Below, one piece after another: positions 12,473 through 28,789 of a DNA stretch of 64,000 nucleotides; position 1 is the first letter of the stretch; each line of letters starts with the position of its first letter. A program made the translations under genes and the position numbers. The notes beneath the pieces were generated by a model. The model saw only the letters and a list, made by a program, of their open reading frames with translations. It was not told the DNA's origin and did not search any database. Origin of the DNA: the human T2T-CHM13v2.0 reference genome, Homo sapiens; assembly GCF_009914755.1 (NCBI RefSeq), contig NC_060925.1. One strand, given 5' to 3'.

Positions 12473-13793
12473 TTTACTATTACAATATGAATCTGGATTA
12501 ACTAGACTCAAACTGAGCAGACACTGATTAAAATTAGAATATTTTTCAGCAATCCAAATAACCAACAAAAAAGGAGGTATATGCCAAGGATTCAGCCAAC
12601 AAATAAACAAAAAAAATCAAACATAAAACACATAAAACATCACGGGTATACTCTTGGTTCAGTTATTATTCAAACTCTATATAAAGAGAAGCTCAAAAAA
12701 TTTATATTTCAACTTATCTGCAGATATCAATTGCTAGGTATACCTAGTGCCTTAACAGTGTCCAATCAACAGATTCCAGGCATTTCTAAACAAACACCCC
12801 CTCAACAACAACAAAAAAACAACAAATGTAAAACGTAGGTGAGAGATGGGGATTTGATCACTGTTAATGTTGTTCTCAGTACTGCCATTTATCTTACTTT
12901 GTAAAGTGCCACTTGAGACATTTTCATGTGCTATTAGTCTAGCAGTACCCCTCCATCCCCTCCCAAACTTATAATTATCTCTACCATTTGTACTTTTGTA
13001 GGATTAGCTAGTTTTAGGTAGTTCTGCACCACAAACAAGAATGAAAAGTATCTCCTGCCCCCTTATGCTGCCTGTATCCCTATCTACAGAACTAAAATTG
13101 AAAATTGATACTAAGAATAATTAACCTAAAATGAAGCAATCCTTAATAATAAAATAAAGATGTAATCACATGAATTACACTAAGGTAAAGTATAATTTTA
13201 CAAATATTTGCAATAAGAATCAACAGTGAAAAATATTTTCTGGTCAGTTCCATTAATTACTACAATCAACTAATCAATATTTATTGCTTACTTACCTACC
13301 ATGTGGGGGATATTATGATAATATACAAAGGAATAGATCCTTGTCCTCAAGGAGCTTAAAATCCAGACAGAGCAAATAAGACAGATATATAAATAGAGAA
13401 AATAACTGACAATGAAAAGTCATAAATTAAGTGCCAAACAAATGGAAGCCACAAGTGCTAAAATGTGAATTTCAGAAAAGGAAATAACACTGAATTGGGA
13501 GTAGTTGAGAGCTAAGAATGACAAAGTCTAAGAGTAGTCATAAGAAAGCAAAAGCAAAATAGAAAAGAATAAACATCTCTGTATTCCACTTTCAGTATCT
13601 TTTCCCTTAAAATGGAAATACTTTGAATCATGAGCGTTTTAGTACAATAATACTTAAGATGTTTGTATATTGAACTGTACCCCAAGATGACTGCTATAAA
13701 ATTTGTAAAAGGACTATTTATTAACACAATTATCTATAGTATCTGCTCATTTAAATCTTGTATCCTTCCTGAAGATAAGTGGTATTAAACAAC

Positions 13794-14097
<304 letters not shown>

Positions 14098-15489
14098 AGT
14101 ATTAAAGAACTTTTAAATGCAGAACCAAGATGCATTTCAGCATCCAAGAGGCACTACCATTTCCACAAATCAGGGAAGAAGGGTTCAGTGCTTTTTTTGC
14201 TTACGGGATCCTCTGGTGGATCTAGGGGCTGGTAGATAGGTTCTTGTCCTCCTGACTAGGACTCAAATGACTGGGTTTAGAGATGGCACTGGTAGCAGTA
14301 TATATTACTGCAGAAATTAGTAATAAGGAGCTTATTGTCCTGCTTTCTTGAGAGGTTTAAGAAAAAAAGAGATGAAAGTAGGAATAAAATAAAGCATGAG
14401 GCAATCTAGAATCTGGTTCCTCCTAATTCTGTGTTCCTGAGAGTCACAAGGCAATTTTAAAAAGGACACTTTTTTATTGCAAAGTAAAGGCATAAATTAC
14501 CTACACTAAACTTGTTTACACTGTCTTTTTGCTACACTAGAAAATCCTTAAAATATGTATAAATCATAATAGAATTCTTATTAACCTTATATTTTATGGA
14601 TATAATCATCTACTCAACGTTTGTAATGAGGTCTTATCTGAAAAGCTGGCAAGTTGCTTTTAATTAACTTTGAGGAAATGGCATTACAAAGTACGTACTA
14701 GCTCTAAAGTTTATATATGAGTTTAAAAAATGACCAACTCTTACAATACCATTTCTGTACAGTACATTCTTCTGAGTTAAAACCATTAATGCAAATACTA
14801 TCAATTACATATGCTTATCTAAGAGAGACTGATTACACAAATTTTCATGGGCAAAAGCATACTAAGCATGTATAAGAAAGGATGGGACAGCAGTTATTTT
14901 TCTTCTATTGTCCTATTATAAAAAATCATTTTTAAAATTTTCTTGACACTTCAGAGTATAAGAAAATAATATAAGTTTCTCTGTTTTACCATAACGCTCA
15001 TAGTATCTTCTGTTTTAATTCCTTGCCTGCTTCTCATGTTACGGCAAAAGTAAAGAAATGCTAGATTCCTCAAAATCTAACACCTCCATTTATAACAAAA
15101 ACTAAAAGTATTTACTAAAAGTAAACTGAATTAAGTAAATGTTTATATATTGTTTAAAAAACTTTGCTTTTAATTTAATATGCTAAGAAAAAAATGATCA
15201 ACAAATTTAACTGTACTAATAAGCAAAGAAATCCATATTAAAATATAATTCAATTTTTCCTCATTAAGTTGGCAAAATAATAATATACAGTAACGGTTAA
15301 ATGACACATGTACTTTTACACAACACTGAGAAGTAAAAAAGAATCTTTCTGAAAAGCAATTGGGCAACAAGTACCTGATATCTTAAAAAGCATTCCCTAC
15401 TCAGTGACTTATTACTTCCTCTTCGAGTAATTTATCCTAAGCAAGAAACTAAAAATGTATAAAAAGATGTGTATCAGAATGTCCACAGA

Positions 15490-15797
15490 GGCCGGGCATG
15501 ATGGCTCACATCTGTGAGTCCAGTACTTCAGAAGGCCAAGGTGGGAGGATCTCTTAAGCCCAGGAGTCTGAGACTAGCCTGGGCAACATAGTGAGAACTC
15601 CATCTCTACAAAAATTTTTTTTAAAAATCAGCCGAGCATGGTGGCACGTGCCTGTAGTCTCAGCTACTCAGGAGGCTGAGGTGGGAGGATCACTTGAGCC
15701 CAGGAGTTGGAGGCTGCAGTGAGCAATGATCACACTACTGAACTCCAGCCTGGGTGATAGAGGGAGACTATCTCAAAACAAACAAACAAACAAAAAG
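15490..15797 (+). mobile_element. AluJ with (AAAC)n tail, inside an old L1 fragment
   Basis: AluJ diagnostics (ggatcacttgagcccagg, gaggctgcagtgagc). Confidence 0.92.
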
Positions 15798-16981
15798 AAT
15801 GTTTACCAGAGAGCTATTTAAAATATCAACTAGAAATTTAAACAAGAAGAGATTTCATTCTAGTCTGTTTAATTTTTAAAAAGTGCTAGTCACAACTCAC
15901 TAAATTGATAGGTAAAGCATTGCCCTATATCATGCTATATCTCCAGTCAAGGATGACTTCTTGATGGAGGAAATGAGCCTTATTTGATTTGACTTATATT
16001 TGTAGAGAAGTTATGCCGGGTGATAGAGATGGTAAGCCTAAAGGCATGGAATGAAAAAAAAAAAAAAACTTAGAGACTCTGGGGACACTATAGATTGTTC
16101 TAGCTGAAATGGAACAATGATTTCACTGGGATATGGAAATAAGAGAGAATGTCAGAAAGTCTACTGCCAAACTACAAAAAATGCTGAAAGTTAAGGGACA
16201 CTCAATACAATAAAAAGAGCCATACAATTTTTGAAGATAATTTGACAAAAATTAGATTTTAGTGATACTGGTTTTTCAAGTGCTCTGAAGCATAAACCAA
16301 GAGAGAAAGAATAAGACAGGCATAAGAAAAGAAAAAAACTGACAGAGCTTGCTAATGGCTGAGGTATCTGTCTTGGATAAGAGGGAGAGAGTAATAGTGT
16401 TAATAAAGAATGAGAAATAAATCAGAAGAGCTATTTCCATCTTCAATGGCTTCTTTCCCTCTGCTTTAAATATAAAATTTTCTTAGGGGAAAACCAATAA
16501 AACTCCTTCAACTGACTTTATTGCCAACTCTCCTTTAACTATCAACACAGAAGAAATCTTAAAATAAGTGGTTCATTCCTATTTACTTTCACCTACTTTG
16601 AATACTTTCCTCTTTATTCACTACAACTTCAAGGCTCTGTTTGCACCCAATTCTCAAGTTTTCTAGAACATTTCCTCCTTTCGAAGTTCCCTTCTTTGGA
16701 TTTTATAATACTGTACACTACACTACTTCACGGTTCTCCTCTTAAATCTCTGTGTACTTTACTTTCCACTGGCTGTCCTTCCTCCTCATGCCCTCCCTCT
16801 GTCCTGTGAGTTCTCTCTCTGTCCTCTCCTTTGGACAGTTAACACCTACATACTAACTGCTTCAATTATATCTTCTACACAAATAATTCTGTGCCCAAGT
16901 TCTGGTCTAGCATCTGTTCTTCCTTCTGCAGCATAATCTAATCTGTAATGTAATGACACATTAAAGCTTAAATTTTACATA

Positions 16982-17820
<839 letters not shown>

Positions 17821-18026
17821 TTTTAAAGCTTAAACTAATCTAATTATCACATCACTTAGAAGTATAATCAGTTAATTGAAATGAAAATATAAATTTGTTA
17901 TATAGCTTTGAAGCATTTTTTTTTCAGCCTCAAGCTGGTGAAGAACAATGGCTCTGATCACAAAACTTCATTTTGTAAAACAGCAAAGAAAGTATATAAA
18001 GACTCATATTTTTCAGAAGTACTTAC

Positions 18027-18180
18027 TCTTGGATAAGGAAGGCCACTGGTAGTGTTGAAAGCCGGTAAAAGTTTGTAACCTAACTGCTTTGCCATTTGGA
18101 GAAGTTCATCATTGTACCACTGCATATATTCACCTTTTTCTTTCAGCATGATTGCCAGGGAGTGCCCACCCAAAAGACCC
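18027..18180 (-). CDS. EDEM3: EDEM3 exon 6 (GLLGGHSL...[15 protein letters not shown])
   Basis: cctag|G ... AGA|GTAAGT; 154 nt; overlaps ORF 17958..18203; PAF-x-T-x-x-G-x-P motif. Confidence 0.97.
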
Positions 18181-18737
18181 CTAGGATCACAGAGATGAAA
18201 CATTATCCATATCTTATAGACAATTAAAAGTTACCATCTAAAAAGGTGTGGGTACTTTGTTATACAATTTAACATATTTAAGGAAAGACAAAAATTACTT
18301 AAACATTATTTACTTAACACTGCTCATTTTATGGTAAGCCATTACAATTACAGAGTCAATATATTTTTTAAAAAATTAGATATTCTATCCTGTTGTGAAG
18401 TGTTCTGCGTTCTTAAATAGCTTTAATTTTCTTAAAGAAAATCCGAGATACTACATTTAACAAATCTAACAAATATTTTAACAAACTTTAAATTTAAAAA
18501 TTTAGTTGTATCACCATGAAGTCTTTAACTTAGAATATTATTTAAAACATAAAAACCTCTCGCTCTAGATTAATAAACTCTGTGTAAAACTACATAACAA
18601 TTTCTTACATTTAATTGAAGAGTAGACTCACTTTGACAAAGAGGAGTTACAATAACATTTAATCAAAACTATAAAAATTAAATAATATTGAAACTTGAAC
18701 TAATAAATCCTGTAATTTCATCTTTTCAAAATATCCT

Positions 18738-19032
18738 GGCCAGGCGCAGTGGCTCACGCCTATAATCCCAGCACTTTGGGAGGCCGAGGCAGGTGGATCA
18801 CGAGGTCAGGATATCGAGACCATCCTGGCCAACACGGTGAAACCCTGTCTCTACTAAAAATACAAAAATTAGCTGGGCATGGTGGCAGGTGCCTGTAATC
18901 CCAGCTACTCGGGAGGCTGAGGCAGGAGAATCACTTGAACCAGGGAGTCAGAGGTTGCAGTGAGCCAAGATCGCACCACTGCACTCCAGCCTGGCAACAC
19001 AGCGAGAGTCTGTCTCCAAAAAAAAAAAAAAA
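18738..19032 (+). mobile_element. AluSc-type
   Basis: Full-length with poly-A tail. Confidence 0.93.
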
Positions 19033-19376
19033 GGCCCAAGAGCATTTCAAACTGTTTGTTGAGAGGTAATCTTATACATTCAGTTTCTTTTGGCTTACCT
19101 GAAGAGGTGCTTGGCTATGGTTAACAAACTACGTAAGCTGGTGAAAAAACCTGTGATGAAGCTGACTAATGTTCAACCTATATTCCCTTTTTAACAACAT
19201 ACAGATATTACCTTTCAGTCTAGAGACGTCTGTGAGTGATTAAATACAAGGTAATGCCACAGACTCTGTGTTTCATAATGTTCCAACTTACATCTTTTAA
19301 ACACAGGAAACTTCTTGCATGATTACCATCAAGAAATAAACAGTATATCCTAAACTTTTCTGATATTAAAATTATA

Positions 19377-19691
19377 GACTGGGCGTGGTGGCTCACGCCT
19401 GTAATCCCAGCATTCTGGGAGGCCGAGGCAGGCAGATCACTTAAGGTCAGGCATTCGGGACCAGCCTGGCCATCATGGTGAAACCCCGTCTCTATTAAAA
19501 ATACAAAAATTAGCTGGGCTTGGTGGTATGCACCTGTAGTCCCAGCTACTCAGGAGGCTTAGATAGGAGAATCGCTTGAACCCGGGAGGCGGAGGCTGCA
19601 GTAAGCCAAGATTGTCACTGCACTCCAGCCTGGGTGACTGAGCAAGACTCTGTCTCAAAAAATATATATAAATAAATAAAAATAAAATAAA
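19377..19691 (+). mobile_element. AluS
   Basis: Full-length; TSD taaaattata. Confidence 0.93.
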
Positions 19692-19720
19692 ATTATAGCT
19701 TTAGTGTCTTTCATACTTAC

Positions 19721-19833
19721 CCAAGAACTCTGATGTTTGTTTCAAAGACTGATACGACTACATCGTTATCTAAATTAACATCTCTTAAAACTTTTCTCAC
19801 TGCATCTTCAAATTCTTTAGTTTTATTTAAAAC
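19721..19833 (-). CDS. EDEM3: EDEM3 exon 5 ([12 protein letters not shown]...[12 protein letters not shown])
   Basis: cccag|GTT ... GG|GTAAGT; 113 nt; contains catalytic Glu146 in SVFETNIR. Confidence 0.97.
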
Positions 19834-22214
19834 CTGGGAGAAGAAAATTATGAAATAAAGTTCTTTTCTACCAAGACAAGGAGAAACGTTCCTAGAATGA
19901 GCTATTAAAAGTCAGTCTACTTTAAAACTCTAAAAAGTGACATACACAAATAATATTTCTAAGTATATTATAAAAATGTAATAATGTCTAAAACTAAAAA
20001 AATTAAGTATCTAATTATACAGCATCTTTATACACTTCTTTGCATACACCGAAATATTATGAGGACTTTGAAGCTACCATCATCAGACCTGTTAACTGGA
20101 TTCTTAATGACCCAGGCTACATGAGGTGAGTTCTAGTAGAATTTGGCTTCTAAGTCAAAACAAAATTAAAACCCATCCTATTCACCAGATACATTCTAAA
20201 AGTTGCTTTTATTCTCAGAAGAAAGCACTTTCTTCAAGGCATGTTCAATTGTTCCTAAACTATACATCACCTGCTAGCTTCACTCCATGGATGCCCTGTT
20301 CACTAAGGAGGCTATACAATGTTGTGGTCATACAATGTTGTGGTCATGCCCTGATTTGAATTCTGGTTGTTTCACTCACTACCCTTGTGATCTCAGACAA
20401 CTTACTTCCATTTCTGAGCTTGTTCCTTCATCTATAAAAAGAGGAAATACCTACTCTTATAGGGTTGTTTTCTTAAATAAGATAATGTATGTAAAATGAT
20501 TTTAGTAGAGTGTCTGACTTAAGTGCTTAAAATAATTACAACTATTAACCATGCAGATCTAGAATCCTGACTAAACTAAGAATTTTGTAGATTCTTGCAA
20601 TGAGCAGCAAAAGTAGTCCCTGTCATCACACAGGCTGCTATGATTTTTCAGTCTAAATTAAGGCCGCCCATGAGATGTTACCTAGAGCCTAAGTACATTA
20701 AAAGTAGTTTTCCTTTACTTAACTGTTTAATCTCTCCTTGTTTGATAATAATTTGTTGTGCTTTTTCACTTGATTTGATACGTAAAAATTCTAATTTATA
20801 AAACATTCCATAAGAGTATCTCCCTAAATTCAGTAAAAGTAAAATTTAGGGTAAGTCCTGACTAAAACATAACATGAAACCTGATTTTAAACTGACAGCT
20901 CTCCCTTCTCAATCTCAAAGTCCACATCAAGTGGGCAGTAATAAATGCAGGCACATACAGTGCATCTATCACTTTTGGAATGAGACATAACTGTTCCACT
21001 ATCCCCACCCTCCATACACATATACATTTTAGTATCACTTTGTTAATCTAATTCTTCTCCCTGGGTTTATCTCCTGGGAATTTTTGCCTCTTGAACTCTT
21101 CTAGCTTGTAATCAGACTCTTCCATATGTTTTCTTTAAGGCCAATAAACCAAAAACAAGGCACACAGTATTTTCTCTTTCTCATAGTTACTGTAATATAG
21201 TTTGCATATTCCATTAATCTCCAAAAAATGAAGCTGTGACTTTCAAACCCTGACTAGCTAAAAAGATCTAACAATCGTGATTTTTCTCAACCATAACATC
21301 TTTTTGAACCAAAGAGCTTTGGAAGGGATGCCCAGTCCCACTCCACAACAACTGAATCAGAATAACTTAGGAGGACCTATTTTTTTTAAATCACAAGTGA
21401 ACCTCTTAAGCTGCTTTTAGAGTTGAGAATTTTCGTTCTTAAAAAAAAAATACTCCAGTGAAAGAAGAATGCAGAAACAACATTGAGAAGCCCAGTTCCA
21501 AAAAATTTCTGATACCCCAAAGGTTTTTTGTTTTGTTTTTTAAATATTAATCACCACTTGGGATATTAACTGGAAGTTGAGAATTATGCCTTAAGGAAAA
21601 TTCTCACAAAAGCCTACTTTTATACCATAATGATCTAAGAGTAAAAAACTAAAAAGATACTGTATTTAGAAATCATGACATCTGTAACTCAATCTTTCCC
21701 CTCTGTCATCACAAACAGTCCTGAACCAGAAATAAATTTCTGTACTATATGAGGTTGAAAAGGAGTACCAAGAAGTGATCACCTGATGCTAAAAATCACT
21801 GCTGGGAAAAATTAATTTTTTGCTTATGAACACAGCAATATAAAGATTCTAATTTAACAATTTTGATATCATTTTGGCATGTCATTATGGAACAACATCA
21901 ATGATATTTTCTAAAGTTACTTTTTTCCAATAGCTTCAACCTCCTTGTCCAAAGGGGGGAAAAAAGGACCTTCCTAATTAAGGTGCCATTACATAAGCTG
22001 ACATCCCCATAAATTATTTGGGTATCTCTGTTATATTACATAATTCCATTTGACATCATCAACTCAACAGTGTAAAAGATTTATTTAGAAGCAAAGATCA
22101 GAACATCTTTAATTCTGAAGGCTTCTATTTCATACTTACTGTGTTATGATCATATTCATAATACTTAAGTGTGCATATCATGAATAAAATAAATCCAAGA
22201 AGAGTCAAACCTAC

Positions 22215-22254
22215 CACAAGAGTGTCCAAAGAATCAATCAGTGTCAGAGAAAAT
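22215..22254 (-). CDS. EDEM3: EDEM3 exon 4 (FSLTLIDSLDTLV)
   Basis: cttag|A ... GTG|GTAGGT; 40 nt; GH47 TLIDSLDTL motif. Confidence 0.97.
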
Positions 22255-22800
22255 CTAAGAAACAAGCGTTAACAAGATATAAAACATTAGAATCCTAAAT
22301 AGTTTATGAATGTACAAGTAGACTTATCTACATTCTATTGACTGGTAGTTTCTATAAATTAGTACTTCCATGTATCTATAGTACAATGAAACCTATAAGG
22401 CTCTGAAAGAAACTGAAAAGCCTTTACATTTATGTTCAATGAATCTACGTATCTTCAAGAGTCATAGAAACATTCACTAGCTCTGAAAACAAATGAAAAT
22501 ATTAAAACATCAACAGTCCAATGTGCTAATGACTTTATAAATATTTTAAAAGTTACATAAAAGTTACATATATTTTAAGTTATATGCAGCTTAACAACTA
22601 ACTTTTCTCTGATCCAAGATGTAAACTGATTAATCTTTTATAAATGATAACAGAAGGGAATAAAGGAGCATAATGTAATACATAAAACAGTCTTTAAAAT
22701 TTAGCCAATCCCTAGAAATATTATTATATGTAAACTGTCTGTAAAAGTCTAAGACTTGGGAACTCTGAGATGCCATGCCATGCCCTGTGTTAATACTCAC

Positions 22801-22901
22801 TTTCCCAAGGCATCATCAACGTCACCGCGACTTGGCTCTTGGCCTCTAACTCGACCTCTACAGGTTAAAGGCATGAGTTCATCAGCAGGGTAAGCATGTT
22901 C
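22801..22901 (-). CDS. EDEM3: EDEM3 exon 3 ([16 protein letters not shown]...DDALGK)
   Basis: tgcag|GAA ... AA|GTGAGT; 101 nt; DEL-x-P motif and Cys82. Confidence 0.97.
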
Positions 22902-25504
22902 CTGCAAGGAAAACTTTAGTAAGTTACTAAGGAAAATAAGCGAAAGCACACATCATTTTGAGAACATAACTTTTTCACAGTTAAAAAATAAAATAATAGT
23001 CAAAAGTTGTACTAAATTTACACCCTGTGGAATCTTTTCAAAAATCTTTAATTACAAATGTAATACATGCTTGGAAAAAAGTCAAACAATACCAAAAAAT
23101 TTCTTTAAAAAACTGATAATCTGCTTCCCCTCCCCTCCCCAATCTCACTTCCTAGAGCTAACTACTGATAAGACTGGCATTTATCCTTCCAGATTTATCC
23201 CACATACATTCAAATACATACACATATATTATTCTAAAATTTTATTTATGAACAGGTGTTCATGCCATATGCACATATTGCTCTAACATTTGTCACTTAA
23301 ATAATGGAGTTTTCTTCCCACGTTTTTAGAATGTTACAGATGTACTCTATTCTAATAACTACAAACTGATAACATTAGCTAATATTTAATGAGTACTTAT
23401 ATTCTAAGTGATATTCTATCTATATATTTTAGTTAATTGTCACAATGCTCTGAAGTAGATTCAATTATCTCTAATTCATGGATGAAAAAACTGAGGCCCA
23501 GAGAAGTTAAGTAAGCCTAGATCACACATCTAGTAAATGATCCAGAATTCAAAGCCAGGTACCCTGACTCCAGAGTCTATCCCCTTAGCAGTACCCATTC
23601 CTCAAAGTATCCCTTTACTGATGAACATGGAGGTTGATTTCAATTTTTTTCTATACAAACAATGAAGCAATAAACACCTATGTGCATGTATCTTTTGAAC
23701 ATATGCCAGTATTTCTATGTATCAGATACCTAAAAATAGACCCATTAGGGTCAAAGGTATGTGTAACTAATTTTTGGTAAATGCTACAAATTGAGGACAC
23801 CAATCTACACTCAATTACATTCTCACTAACATAGGAAATGATCAATAGTTCACATTTTGCCAAACTCCTAGGTAAAAGATGGTATCTAAAGATTCATTAC
23901 TAATAAGGATAAACATCTTTTTGTATTATCCATTGTTATTTCTTTTTTGAAATGTCTGTTGATCTTTTGCCCATCTTTCCATTGGTTGCTTTTTTTGGCC
24001 ACAAGAGACTCTCATACATTATGTTTGTCACACACAGTAAACATTTTTCTCTTTTGTTTGGCTTTTAACTTTATCTTGCTTTCACCTTATGGTTTCTGGC
24101 TTTCAAGCATGCTTAAAAGGATACCCTGAACCTCTGAAAATAGCACTGTTATACTTTTTTTATATTTAGATATTTACTCCATCTGGAATCTATTTTCATT
24201 TATAATATGAAATAGGAATGTAACTGCATTTGCTCCCCAAAAATAGATAATTTTCTAAATACTACTTTTAAAACAATCCATCCTTTCCCCAATGGCTTGA
24301 AATATTGGGTTCATTAGTTCTAAACTTTTTGCGAACACATTTCTGTAGTATTTATTCATTCTACAGATCTATTTGCCTATTCCTACTCCAAAACCATTAT
24401 TTTAATTATTTTATCATTAAAATTATTTTAATTTTAATAAAATAATTAAATTTAAATTAATTTTAATTAAATTCATTTTAATTATTAAAATAACTATTTT
24501 ATCATTAAAATAATTAAGATTAAAAGTAATAATTTAAATCATTAATTATAAAAATTAAATTAAATTTTAATTATTTTATCATTAAAATCAATAAACCATT
24601 ATTTTATTATATAAAAATTATTTTATTAAGTTTACCCTTCTGGAGAACTTTGATATTTCCTTAAATTTTACTGAAATTTTAATTGGAAGAACTGAATTTG
24701 GGGAGAATTGATATCTTTAGCAACTGAGCCTTCCCTTCTCAGAATACAGTAGGTCACTGTATTAATTCAGATCTTCTTTTATGAATTCAGTTTCATCCTA
24801 TAGGTTGCACATATTTCTTAATATTTATTAATAGGTACTTTATAGTTTGGATTACTGGGATTTTTGTTATTTTAATAATGACCATGACAGATCATTTCTG
24901 GTGTAGATGGTAATGAAGTACATGGAGGAATCTTCCTTCCCTACCCACTACAAACACAATGAAATGCTAAATAAATGTTATAAATTATTTTTTAACACAT
25001 AGTTGAGCTTGAGAGTAAGAAATTTTCAAGTACCAAAATTAAACGGTGGAGTATAGAAGATAAAGCTGCACTGACCACAACATGGGTATTAGGAATAAAG
25101 ACAGATTTTAGCGGGAGTTATGTTAATGCCCAAAGGACATAGGAGTTGATGCTGGTGGCCCTGCATACATGGCCACGAGCCAGGGCTAGGCTCTTTAAGT
25201 TGGGTGGTTGCTTTTGTGAAACTGGACTAGAACATTTCTACCTACTTGCCACGGGTCTTAACAGAAAAGAATAAAAACCATAAAGACCTGCTGATCTTTA
25301 TATTTCCTTCACCAAGAGACAGTTTCTGAAACATTCCTCTAAAATTAATAAAATATAATTATGAGAAATATTTTGAGGTTAGAATCGTGTTAAGTACATG
25401 TTTCAACTTTAGGTAATACTAACTCCCTGCACCAAGAATAATAGGATTAACATACTCATAATTCTCCCCCTCAATATAGGATTTTTGTCAGTTATGTTAT
25501 TAGA

Positions 25505-26700
<1,196 letters not shown>

Positions 26701-27592
26701 TTTTTCTTATATTTATAACCATCAGAAAGAAAAGTTTTGATGCTTTGACAAAGACTTTGAAGGTTTATAACATCTACATTCTGGTCTGGAACCATAATTC
26801 CCCAAGTTGCTAGTGTTAGAACCCAAGTGGAATTGATGCACAGCATTTTTCTAAGGCTTCTCCAATTTCTTAGTTTTTACTTTGTTCATCTCTTGATTGC
26901 CTGATATACTCAGGTATTTTATTGCTTATTTGTTTTAAAATAAGAGTATAACGGGTATTGTAGTTCTCTGATATTCCTGGGTTAGGCTGTCTTTTGCCTT
27001 ATTGGAAGAAAAATTTGAATGGTTATAAAATGGCTGGAACAGTTTTTTTTCCTTCAGAAGTTTGAAGATACAGTTCTATACTCTTCTTGCATTTGCTGGG
27101 TGTTGCTATGGCAAAGTTTCTAAGACTAGAGTGGTCTTTTGTATCTTGTATATGACTTGTTTTTATTATGTGAATGTCCATATGATTCTTAGTTCTTGAA
27201 ATTCAGCAAAAAAACTCCCAATTCCATGTCCAACTCTCTCCTACTGCCTCTCAGTCAACTTATTTAGATTCCAAACTCATAGCAAATTAGCAGCAGAAAT
27301 ACAGACTAGTGGCCAGGAACACTAAACACATAGGAAAGGGAAGGAAAAAATACACACAGAAAGGGGGGGAAATAACTTTCAAAGCAGGTTAAAGAATACT
27401 TTGCATTGAAGATGGCAACCTTTCAGACATTTAGAAAATTGCGTGCTCTGTAATGATCCATTCCTGGGTAGAGGATTCTAGGCAACACATGTTTTGATAG
27501 CATCAGAATCCACATACAGCTACTAAATTCTGAGTTCAATACCATGTAATTTTAATATTATATATAATATTTCAGCATAAATTCCTAATTAC

Positions 27593-27879
27593 TTTTTTTG
27601 AAACGGAGTCTCACTCTTTCACCCAGGCTGGAGTGTGGTGGTGCAATCTCAGCTCACTGCAACCTCTGCCTCCCAGGTTCAACAATTCTCCTGCCTCAGC
27701 CTCAAGAATAGTTGGGATTACAGGTGTGCGCCACCATACTTGGCTAATTTTGTCTTTTTGAAGAGACGGGGTTTCACCAAGTTGGCCAGGCTGGTTTTGA
27801 ACTCCTGACCTCAGGTGATCCACCTGCCTCGGCCTCCCAAAGTGTTGGGATTACAGGCGTGAGCCACCATGCCCAGCCC
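27593..27879 (-). mobile_element. AluS
   Basis: Full-length; TSD cctaattacttt. Confidence 0.93.
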
Positions 27880-28789
27880 CTAATTACTTTTACACGTATC
27901 TTTTCATGTGTCAAATTCCTGACTACTCTTTTATGTGTCAATTCCAACAGAACTGATTTCCCAGAATGTACATTTTTATTGCTTTATAGTTTTATATTTA
28001 ACACATATAAACAACACTTAGAAGAAATACAAAAATTTTTTAAAATTCCTAATGTATTTTGAAAGAATCTTTGTAAAACATCATTCAAATGTTAATTAGG
28101 TTGTAAACAGTTCCTTACTATTTTAAACACTGCATAGAAAACTTCATACTGCTGTTTTTTAGGGTTTTCTAACACACAGACACACACATACCTCTGTCTG
28201 AAATTAATATAAATTCAAACTCTAAATTAAATATGCCATTCAAATCCTGAAATTAATCTAGATAATAAAAATATTAATAGCAATTGCAACCCAGAATAAT
28301 CAAATAAGGGAGTTTCAAACCAGGTGTAAAAATACTTTGTCTCTTTGTTTCAAGATTAAGAATAAAAATACAACCACACCTTTTTCTTTGGGTTAACCAC
28401 AAAGCAAACTACAGACAGTTTGCACAAATTCAGAGCAATGCATACGTGGCAAATTAACAGCCTTATCAAGCTTCAAACATCCTGGCTTTTTGAGGCACAG
28501 TAATACCTCCTCTCTCTTCACAGTTTATTGTTGAGGGATACGTAATTCATATTGATATGACTCAGAGCCATGAGAAACATTTAATAATTATCACTCAGAA
28601 ATAAAACTCAGATGATGAGAGTCCTATATAAATTAAGTAGAACATGTGCCTAGCTGAAAGAGCAAAAATAAAATAAAATAAAATAAAATAAATCATAATA
28701 GACCCTCCATATCAGACTCTAAATTTACTAGGGCTTTGAGGTAACAGACTTCTGCTCTAAACCACTCAAGTCAAAGCAGCATCAAAAAC

